Positions 50,951 to 61,224 of a stretch of 64,000 bases of DNA are shown here, in pieces. Below the pieces are notes generated by a model. That model was given only the letters and a program-made list of their open reading frames with translations, made no database searches and was not told the origin of the DNA. Every line of letters starts with the position of its first letter. Positions within the stretch are counted from its first letter, which is position 1. The translations under genes and the position numbers were made by a program. Origin of the DNA: Chiloscyllium plagiosum (lineage: Eukaryota); contig NC_057718.1 of assembly GCF_004010195.1 (NCBI RefSeq), positions 28,394,377-28,458,376 on the forward strand, in the 5' to 3' direction.

Positions 50951-51349
50951 CTAAACCAGGATCCCCACATTTGCTTCACCTCTGGAGATACAAAGTAGTA
51001 TTCTGTGATATTCATGCTTATTAATTCAGACCAATGATTTCCGTTTATAGCATAACTACAATAACAGCATTTCTCATATTTTTACATCCCCATATCTTCA
51101 CCCATAATTTCCATCCTTTTTAAATCTGGCTGAACACAAAACTATATAATGATTCCATTCCTTGTTATTGATCTACTTTATAAGGGCATTTACCATTAAA
51201 TAATCCCAATTAAACGGCCAAAGGTTTAGGGGTGACTAAAGTAGAGAATACATGTACCTCCTCCACTTTACTCCAACAAAAACCTCAGGTTAATTATTTT
51301 CTTTGAACCTATCTTTTCATTAGTAAACTTTTCTAGAAAAATTACTCAC

Positions 51350-51595
51350 CTGTTATTATATGGAACATCTGCTTATCCTTCTCAAAGGTAACATCATTGG
51401 GTATGAAGGCCATATCATCCTGAACCTCAATGCATGGATGCCTGGAAGCCTTCAAGGTAATTCGACCGTGGCCCTTCTCAAAGATCTTAGGTCTTACGTA
51501 CGGCACTGGCGCTCCATTAGATACATGGGCAAAACTGACCACTGCATCCAGTTGAGCAATCACATCATTTAAAGTTTGCTGAGGTTCCACATATC
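51350..51595 (-). CDS. MSH2: MSH2 coding exon (human exon 12 equivalent)
   Basis: tgtttacag|GATATGTG...ACAG|gtgagt; 246 nt; [82 protein letters not shown]. Confidence 0.98.
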
Positions 51596-51833
51596 CTGTA
51601 AACATAGGAAAAGATACCCAATAATGTTCAAGGCTGTCACTGGTTTCAGAACAAAGGAAGCATAGTTACCTGCGCCCCAAAATTAATACACAGGTGGAAA
51701 GAGTGTAGGAGCATGTAAAACATCTGGCATGAACATGGAGGCCCTGCCTAAATTAGATGTCAACTAAATAAAATGGTGTGGCTTTCTGTCACCACTCAGA
51801 CTACATCCTTTAGAAGTTGATAGGGAGAAGGAT

Positions 51834-52062
51834 AAGAAAGAACGAAAGAAAGAACGAAAGAAAGAACGAACGAACGAAAGAAAAGACATCAGGGAAGGTG
51901 GTGATATGGTGGTAGATAGCACTTGTGTTTTTACACCATAACTAACGAAAGAACGAAAGAAAGAAAGAAAGAAAGAACGAACGAAAGAACGAACGAACGA
52001 AAAGACATCAGGGAAGGTGGTGATATGGTGGTAGATAGCACTTGTGTTTTTACACCATAACT
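51834..52062. repeat. Tandem duplication (period 119 bp) of a compound GAAA/GAAC microsatellite plus 62 bp of unique sequence
   Basis: AAAGACATCAGGGAAGGTGGTGATATGGTGGTAGATAGCACTTGTGTTTTTACACCATAACT occurs identically at 51882-51943 and 52001-52062, each copy preceded by a GAAA/GAAC tract. Confidence 0.95.
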
Positions 52063-53447
52063 TGATTTTTTTAAAAATAAGCTCGCCTGCTGGGTGTCTT
52101 CTTGCCCACGGTCCAATTCCTGCAGATTGCTGCAGATCAGACCATTATAACATAGTCAAATACCAGCTGGATATGTTAAAAAGAATGCTCACTTCTCTTT
52201 ATGGGGTGCCCTGCTTGCCAGTTCAGGTTATCATGAGGCATAATTAAGTAACAAAATGTACAGTATGCACGGCCCCTCACCTTGTTTCCCTCAGGTAGGG
52301 GCAATGGGGCTCTAAAGTTTTGAATACAGTGTAAGATGCAAGTGAACTGCTCATACTGTGCTCAGCCAATTGCAGTTGAAGTGAGAATTTTGGAAGGTAC
52401 TTTCAGGTGGAATATTGACGGTTAATATCCATCATACAATATTCTTGAAAACAAGCAAAGATGGAATGACAGTGTTTCACATGAATAATTCTGACTCAAT
52501 TGTAACTTCATGTGTCTCCCTGAACACCCATTCCATTGCAACAGATTAAAATGAGCAGATAAGAAATGGATAACTAGATTGGCCAGATTTATTCTGGAAG
52601 CTAAAATCTTGTTACAAAGGTTATGGAAACACCATAGCTCAAAGTACACAAGGGCCTGCTTGTAGGAGTTTTAAATTCTACAATCAATTTATCATTCTAT
52701 AATTACTTGCAATATTTTTTGGAAACAGAATAAAGCACTGGCTGGCACTTTCCTTTCACCTCAGGTACCCGAATATGAATCCAGTTCATTCTAAACAAGA
52801 ATGCCTCCTTTCAATTGTATGGTCTCAATCTAGCTCTTAACAGTAGTACTCCCACTTCAGCTGCAACTGGCCAAGGTCATAAGGTAGCTAGAAATAAGAA
52901 CAGAAAACATCCAACTGAGCAGTAGGAGTGTTTTAATCAGGCATAGTATATTTTTGAGGCACAGAAGGAAGAACCCTTGTTTATTTTCTATCTTGGAGTA
53001 TTTTAATACTGACAATGGCCAAAAATGACAATTTATTTTCCCATTAAAAAAAAGAAAGTAATCTAATAAAGTTAAATTTAATAGCTATGCTACAAATCAC
53101 CACTGCAACAAAAAAAGGAGCACAGATAGCTGTAAGTCATTAACATTTTAAGGTATCTTTCAAACAGAAAGGTATTGCCGCTTGCAAACAGAGATCAGAA
53201 ACTGTTCTAACTATGTCTCTGTTGCAAACCTTGTTGAAAACAGAGATACTCAAGATTCATTCTTGATCCATGTCATGTGGAAGACACTTTATCTGTGACC
53301 ATTACGATGAAAGTTTTGATCCCCTACGCAAATATTTTACAAGGCAGACTGACGGAAACACACGTGAAATGAAAGGTTAAATTATAAATTACTGGTTCTT
53401 CAATAGTATCATCATTCTATTTCTACTACAGTTAAGAATGCAATAAC

Positions 53448-56400
53448 TGGGTTCCAAGTTGGCAGTGATATAACAGGTTTGCCTTGCTGAACTTTGCACC
53501 ATAACTCAGGTGAAGTGGTGGTTTTACCCTCCCCAACTAAACTATTTTGAAGAAAATAAGACAGTTTAATATTTGTAGAAGAGCTACGTACTTTGTTTTG
53601 GTAAGGGAAGATGACTAGTGGCAAAAGGACAGAAGAAATCACAAGACAGGACAACTCCCCTGCAACACTGGACACACCCACGGCTGCTGCTCCAGCCTCC
53701 CCCGAAATCCCGATGGACTGACCTGCACAACAAGGCCTGGCTGCAGATATCGTGAAACTCCGGGATATGATCGAAGCATCGATTACTGAGACTTATGCCA
53801 GACTACAACCGATCTTGGCCATGCTGCAGAAGCGTGAACAGGAGCTGCAGAGTTCCGGGAAGCGAGTGGAGGAGATCGAGCAGCAGACTGCGACATCAGA
53901 GACCACGGTCAACTCCTCGGTGGAACGTATCCAGGCCCTGGTGAAGCAGGTACGGGCCTTAGGAGAACAGGTTGACTACCTCAAAAATCAAGGTTGAAGA
54001 AAACACATCCAGGTGGTCGGCTGCCAGAGCAAGAGGAGGGTCAGCAGCCAGCCAGTTTTTTTGAAGAATGGCTGGCTCAATTTCTGGGCTGGGAGGCCAT
54101 GGTGGGCCGGGTGCGGATTGAGAGAGCTCACTGGATGGCGGTGCGCAGGTCCGGTTCGGACCAGCACCCCTGCCTGATCCTAGTGTGATTCCAGTCCTAC
54201 AGGGACAAACAAAGGTAATGGAAGACTCCAGGTCATTGGAAAAGGATCCTCAGGCCTTGATTTATAAAGGATCAAAGATTATGTTTTTTCAAGACTTTTC
54301 TGCAGCCATGATCCGCAAGAGGAAGTCCTTTGATGAGATGAAGAGAAGACTAAGGGATTTGGATATTCAGTATTCCATCAGGTACTTGGCAGTGCTCCGT
54401 GTTAATCATGAAGGGTCCGTGCATGTATTTGACTCCTCAGAAAAAGCAAATAACTTTCTGGACACTTTGAAACAGACCAGATGGTCCAAAGAACATGGAC
54501 AGTATGGTTCTCTTTTCTTTTCCCTTTTTTTCTACTTTGTAAACTTCTCCTTTTTCTTTATTATTTTCTTGCAGAAAGTGTTGTTGGTTTTTTTTCAACT
54601 GTGATAATTGAGGTCAAGGTAGGTTTAGGGATGGGTGAAGTGCCAACTCCTAATTTTTTTGTTGATAATATCTATTTTTGTTGTTTATCCGTTGCCTAAG
54701 TTTGGGGCACAGCTCAAGCTAGGAGTTATGGAGGTGTATCCAGGTAGTGTAGGTGCCCCCTGTGGGCAAAGGGGAAAGAATCTTCTATCAAGTGCTTTGT
54801 GCATGCTGTAATTGATTTAGTTTGTTGGTTTTTAGTAGAGGCAGTTTTTTGGAAGTATTGTTAATGTAGTTTTAGTGTGTATATTGTTTTAGACTCTGAG
54901 TCTTCATTTGTTTACACTTGGCGTGCTGTGAGTAGTGTTCTTCCTCTTGGAGGTTCAAGAGTTGTTGTAGAGGAATATGCCTAAGTGTCTCCTTAAATGG
55001 TGCACCTGGAATATTAAGGCGAATCACTTGCTTATCAAGATTAAAAAAAAGTACTATCTAATCTCAGAAAGGAGAGGATTGATATCGTCCTGTTGCAAGA
55101 AACCCATCATAATATTAAGGAGCATCTAAAATTACAGCAGAGTGGGTTTGATCGGGTGTTTTTTTTGTCCTTTAACACTAAAAGCGGGGAATTGGCGATA
55201 CTTGTCCAGAAGAGTCTCCCATTTAAGCTATTAGATCAAGTTAAAGAGGAATATGGGCAGTTTGTAATTCTTAAAACTTTGATACATGAAGAGATGTTTA
55301 TTGTCCACTAGCACACCCCCTCACATTCCTGACTGATGCATGAAGTTCATTGCCCTTGGAATGCGACACACTATCATAGGAGGAGATTTTAATCGCCTCA
55401 TGAACCCCACAATGGATAGAATGTGCAAAGGTCCCCCAAATGTCTCTTCGCAATCCAAGCAATTGGTTGATTTGTGTGTGGAATTGGGACTGGTGGACAT
55501 TTGGAGATGCCTCCACCCTACGGGTAGGAACTTCACCCTTTTCTCTAATCCACACAAGTATCATACCAGGAATGATTTTTTTTTAGCATCTTCGATTTTT
55601 CTGGATTTGGTGATGTTCTGGAAAATTGAAAACAGCAATTTCCGATCATGCAGCAGTGTATTTGGAGGTTGAGATTAAGGGCAACAGAACAGGACCCCGG
55701 GCATTGGCAGATGGATCCTTTTACACTCAAGGACAATATGTTTATCGAGTACTTAAGAGTGAATTCAAAGTATTCTTGGCTATCAATTTGGGTACAGCTA
55801 GTAACCAGTCTATACTCTAGGAGACTGCTAAGGCCTATGCTACAAGGATAGTTATCTCTTATTCGCTAGCTGGAAGAGACGGAAGGGAGAGCAGCAACAT
55901 CTGTTCCAGGCACAGTTGAAGGCAGCCTAGTCAGAATATTTTGCTAGGCTGTCAATGGCTAAATTGCAGCGAGTCACAGCCCTCCGGGTTGCTTTGAACT
56001 CTATGCTCACTCAAACAGCAAAGAGAGAACTCTCTTCACGAAACAAAGGCTGTTTGAGTATGGTGATAGGCCAGGCAAATACCTGGCATATCTGGCCAGG
56101 AAAAAGAGCGCCCTCTAATCCATTTCAACAATTAGTGAAGGCATTGGGACTTTTACGTGTGACTCTAATAGGATCAATGCGGCATTTCAGAGTTTTTACT
56201 TTGAGTTATATTGGTTGGAATGCTGCGAGGATTGGTGGGCTAATATGGAATTTTTTTTTTTAAAAAGAACCAAGTTTGACCTCGGAACAGGCGTCTCTTC
56301 TTAATGCCCACTCGAAGCGCAAGAGAAACAGCAGGCAGTAAGACAGCCCCAAAGTGGGAAGGTGCCCAGCTCTGATGGTCTCCCGAGTGAATTCTACAAA

Positions 56401-58993
56401 GAATTTATAAATATCCTGTCAGGGCCAATGCTGGACATGTACAACTATTCATACAGTCATGACTACCTCCTGTAATCCCTGAGAGAGGCTAACATCTCTC
56501 TCATACTCAAGAAAGGGAAGACCCTGGAGGACTGTATTTCATACAGGTCCACTTCACTGTTAAATTCAGACTTTAAAATTTTCTCCAAAACACTTGTGTT
56601 GAGATTGGAGGTGTTGGGAGAAAATGAGGACTGCAGATGCTGGAGATCAGACCTGAAAATGTGTTGCTGGAAAAGCGTAGCAGGTCAGGCAGCGCCCAGG
56701 GGGCAGGAGAATCGATGTTTCGGGCATGAGCCCTTCTTCAGGAATCAGAAGTGTTGTCCTATATTGTTTAGGAGGACCAGACGGGCTTTATAAAGGGCTG
56801 TAGGTCTTCCAATAATATTAGAAGATTAGAATATTAGAAGCGTGTCAGCAATGATTGGTTCAGGGTTTAGTGCTCTCTTTAGACGCAGAGAAGGCATTCG
56901 ATCGGTTGGAATGGCCATTTTTAAAAATACTTTGGAATGGTTTGGTCTAGGCAAGGTCTTCATCAAATGGGTGGAGGCTCTGTGTGGTGACCTTCTGGCT
57001 GCGGTTCTCACTAATAGTGTAAGATCCAGTAATTTCAGTATTGGTAGGGGCAGTCGGCAAGGTTGTCCCCTCTCACCACTACTGTTTACACTGGTGATTG
57101 AGCCGCTGGTAGAGGCCATCTGTAAGGACTCTAACATAGCTGCCCCAGAAGTGGGATCAAAGGCACACAAGATTACGTTATATGTCGATGATGCTCTCCT
57201 CATATCAAACCTGGCAGTTTCTGTACCCCATTTAGTACAACATATTAACTTATGGACTATTTTTCACAATATAAGATCAATTTTGCAAAATCGGAGGCTA
57301 TGCCCATGGGGGGTGTCTCAAGGGAATACGATATTGAAGGCGAATTCTGATTTCCCCTTTAAATGGTCACAGGGGGGTTTTCTTTACTGAGGCATTTTTG
57401 TTGCTCCCACCTTTGATCAATTATTTAAGGCTAATTTTGCTCATTTGCTTGACAAGATTAGACAAGACCTTCAAAGATGGGAGGCCCTTCCAATCTCCTG
57501 GTTAAGTCAAATAGCCCCTATCAAAATGAATGCCCTTCCTAGTCTGCTATATCCCATGCAAATTCTCCCTCTGATGTTTCCCAGGAAAAAAAGTGTTGCA
57601 GAGACTTACTGGTTGGTTTAGTTCTTGTATTTGGCATCACAGGCAGCCTCTCATTATGCTGGCCAAATTGCATTACTCCAAGGATTTTGGGGGGGGGGGG
57701 GAAGATGGTGGTGGTGGTGAAGGGAGACTTCCTGGATATTAGGAGGTACCAACTAAGGTCCCTTCTGTCCTTTGAGAGAGATTGGGCTTGTAAGAACCCA
57801 AGATCAATATGGTTGTATATCGAGGCGTCCCCAGCAAAGTGCCCCATTACAAGTGTCTTGTTTATGGGTGAGATGAGGACAGTTATAGAATACTGTTTGA
57901 GGGGAGGTCACGATGTCCTTCGACGAATGAGTTGCAAGTATGGATTGTCCAGCAGAGATCTTTTTTGTTAGTTTCAGGTTAGGGAATTCATCCAAAAGAA
58001 GACTATGCTTTTGACCAACCCCAATAGCTCTAATAGGGAGGAGAATGCTTCATGCCACAAGCACTCTCTTGGTTAGTACTCCTTACCACCTACGGGGATG
58101 CAGTGTTTGACTAATGAGGTCTGGGAGCAAATGTTGGGAGTGGAGATCCCCTCAGAGACATGGGAGAACATTTGAGAGAACGCGAGAAAGATCTCGATCT
58201 GTAACAGAACACACGTTATGCAACTGAAGGTTCTTCATAGGGTTCATTTGGCCCCAGATCATCTTTCAAAATTCAAAAAGGGAGCATCTCTAATGTGCCC
58301 CAAGTGCGAAATGAGCATAGGTACTCACTCACCGTTTGTGGTCATACCACAAGCTTCGCAGGTACTGGAGCGCTGTGGCAGGAGTAATAGGGAGGGTCCT
58401 GGGGACCAAAGTTAAGGTAGACCCGGTCTCTCTACTCTTGGATCTGCCAAATTTATCTTCCTTAGATGCATATGGAAAAAAAACTAGTTAACATTCTCAT
58501 TTACTCTGCAAGGAAGAACATTTTGATGAGCTGGGTGTCTGAGAACCCTCCAGGCCTGTTAGAGTGGTGCAAGTTAATTATGAAACTCATCCCTTTGGAC
58601 TTCCTCACAAATATGGTGCACCATAAAAGGAACCTTTTCATAAGACATGGCACCTTTTTTGCATTACCTGGAAGCAGACTTGTCTGCCATTTTAATTAGG
58701 GCATTTGTTTCACCATGATGATTAGGTTTTAGTGAGTCTTGTGCCCTGGGAAGAAGTATGCCGAATAAATACGGTGTAATAATTAATGCTCCCAGAGGTT
58801 GAGAGTCTCTGTGTGGATGTGCTGGGTGGCACTATATATTTATTTATAGATTTGAAGTGAGTGTAGTTTTGATTTTTTTTTCTACAGTAAGACAGTAGTT
58901 AGTTCATTGCAATTGTTATAACTTTAACTTGTTATATTTTTGTAATGTTTTAATCTTGTAAAGAAAAAAAATTTCTCAATAAAAATGTTAACA
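53448..58993 (+). mobile_element. Full-length decayed L1-clade LINE, antisense to MSH2
   Basis: ORF1 from ATG 53611 (coiled coil, KIMFFQDFSAAMIRKRKSF...YSIRY). ORF2 from ATG 54977 (WCTWNIK, QETH, GGDFN, ISDH, GSRQGCPLSPLLF, LYVDD, CPKC..GTH) to ~58699. AATAAA at 58978-58983; TSD AAT(G/A)CAATAAC at 53437-53447 and 58994-59004. Confidence 0.92.
56617..56746 (-). mobile_element. Short PLE-derived element carrying a hammerhead motif, inserted into L1 ORF2
   Basis: Flanked by GA(G/A)GTGTTG repeats; the L1 RT sequence (...EDQTGFIKG) resumes after it. The minus strand begins GAUUC-CUGAAGA-A-GGGC-UCAU-GCCC-GAAA-CAUC/GAUUC. Confidence 0.8.
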
Positions 58994-60319
58994 AATACAA
59001 TAACAGTGGGACGTCTCAGTTTTGGAAAAATAAGTCATGCTTTCTATGTAAAGGATAACCATATTACACAAAAGAAACAATATTGATTACAAACACATAA
59101 AGAAAGGTCTTTTCAAATAAATCCACTCAAATTCAACTGAACCCAGGCAGCTTGAAAGACTCATTCACCGGAGTTGTCTGACTCAAGCTACCCAGTTAGT
59201 TTGTTAAACTGGGTTGCATTTATATCAACACATTACGAGGAGACCTGCCCAAGTTAACAGTATGTCCACTGTTAACAAATTCAGATTAGCTCAAAGAATT
59301 GGATTAGGTATCTACGCAAATAAAATCTCTCATAACAGTGTTTAAGTATGTAATTCCCTTACTAACTTGCTGACTAATTCAACATGAAACTTCACTGACT
59401 ACAGTTAGCTGTAATTAACTTTTAAACAATTTTTAGGACATTGCGAACTGTCAAAGTTGAGGATGGTGTAAAGCTGGGTACTATCTCGAATCTAATGATG
59501 ATATTCAAATCTGACATTAAAAAATTCCTGCCAATAACCTTTAACTCTGCTGTAAAGGAGGAACACTCAGGAATTATGTCTTGCTCTACTTTCATAGTGG
59601 CAATAGAAGTGTCATTTACAGTATCTTATTTATACCCTCAATAGTAAGATTGATTTTGCAAACAAACCAACCAGACACAAAAATCCTTATGGTTAATTAC
59701 TAGCTGGAATCTCAAAGCACACTATCTAATTAAAATGGATCAAATCCTACAGGCTAATGCTGCAGTTATAAATGAAAAACCACATCTCGAGAAGGTTCAC
59801 CATACCAGCGCCTAGCCTCACTATAGCATGGTAATTTCTGTAGCTTCCAAAAATAACACATCAGTAATTGTAAGGAACAGAGAGGTACGGTTGGTGTTCC
59901 ATTTCTGAAATCAAATCCAGTTCAATCTGTATGATCCACAAATTCCCAAAGTTTTATCAATCACAGTTTTGAAGATAATCAACAACCGAACATCCAATAC
60001 TTGCTACAGCAAAGAAATCCAAAGATTTAATAACCTTCTGAATGAAGAAATTCCTCACCTCAATCATAAATGATTGAACCTTTCCTTCAGACAATGCACC
60101 TTAATTCCAGAGTCTAGAGACTAACCTCTCAGCAGCTAAACTGACACGACTCTCACAATCTACATTCCATGAAACAATCTCCTATTCTTCTAAACTGCAG
60201 AGTACATGGCCAATCTATTCAAGATCTCATCATGCACATTAATTTAGTGAAACTTTGCTGCATCAACTTCAAATACAAATATATCCTTAAAATAAAAATA
60301 AAAATGTGCACGCTGGAGA

Positions 60320-60492
60320 TCCGAAACAAACAAAAGCAAATTGCTGGAGAAACGCAGGAGGTCTGGTAGTTTCTGTGGAGAGGAAACAGCTAATGTTTCA
60401 ATTCTAGGATCCAGTTCTGAAGAAGGTTATTCTGTTTTCTCTCCATAGATGCTGTCAGAACTGAATTTCTCCAGCAATTTCTGATTTTGTTG
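60320..60492. repeat. Palindromic PLE-terminus derivative
   Basis: AAATTGCTGGAGAAA...CTGTGGAGAGGAAACAG / CTGTTTTCTCTCCATAG...TTTCTCCAGCAATTT inverted arms; central CTGAAGAAG remnant. Confidence 0.65.
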
Positions 60493-60719
60493 ATTACTAT
60501 TACATCCTTAGGGAAGGAAATCAAAACTGTATGGAGCACTTTCAGTATTTTCTGACCAAAGCTACGTACAAATGTAGCAAACGTTCCTTATTACTGTATC
60601 CTAAATCCTCTTGAAATAAGGGTCAATGTGCCATTTGTCTTTCTAGTTATGAGCTGTACCAGCATCTTAACTCTCACCATGAATCTTGCAGAACATTAAT
60701 ACAGAAATATTTTTCAAAA

Positions 60720-60854
60720 CAAAAACCAAAAGGACTGCGGATGCTGTAAATCAAAGATAAAAACAGAAATTGCTGGAAAAGCTCAGCAAGTCTGCCAGAG
60801 TCTGTGGAGAGAAATCAGAATTAATGTTTCAGGTCAAGTGACTCTTCCTCAGAA
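60720..60854 (-). mobile_element. PLE terminus with partly degenerate hammerhead
   Basis: Minus strand UU-CUGAGGA-AGAGUCACUUGACCU-GAAACAUU-AAUU, followed by the CTCTCCACAGA...CCAGCAATTTCTG tail common to these elements. Confidence 0.6.
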
Positions 60855-61224
60855 GGGTTTTATAATAGGATATTAAATACTGACCTGATTGTAGCATACT
60901 ACAGCATTGTGTATTCCTCGCAGCTTACTATTCCACATTTCTATCATTATAAAATTTTGATAGAATTATTCTGTGTATTAACGTCCAAACCATTAATATA
61001 GTTTGTAGACAGCTTAGGCCCAGCATTGATCTTTGCAGCACTGCATTAGTTACTGCCACATTTAAAAATGCCCCATTCGTCCCTGCTCCCTTTCAGTGGA
61101 TTAGCCATTTTTCAATGTGTTAATACACAGCCTCAACACCATAAGCCCCTGATCTTAATTACCTTCATTTGTTGAATCCCTTTTAGAAATTGATGCATCC
61201 TACATCTATTTGTTCACTGCTGTC

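Noticed and set aside
51834..52062. Repeat-spacer appearance suggesting a CRISPR-like array
   Set aside because: Only two units, the 'spacers' are microsatellite, the context is a vertebrate intron, and there are no cas genes.
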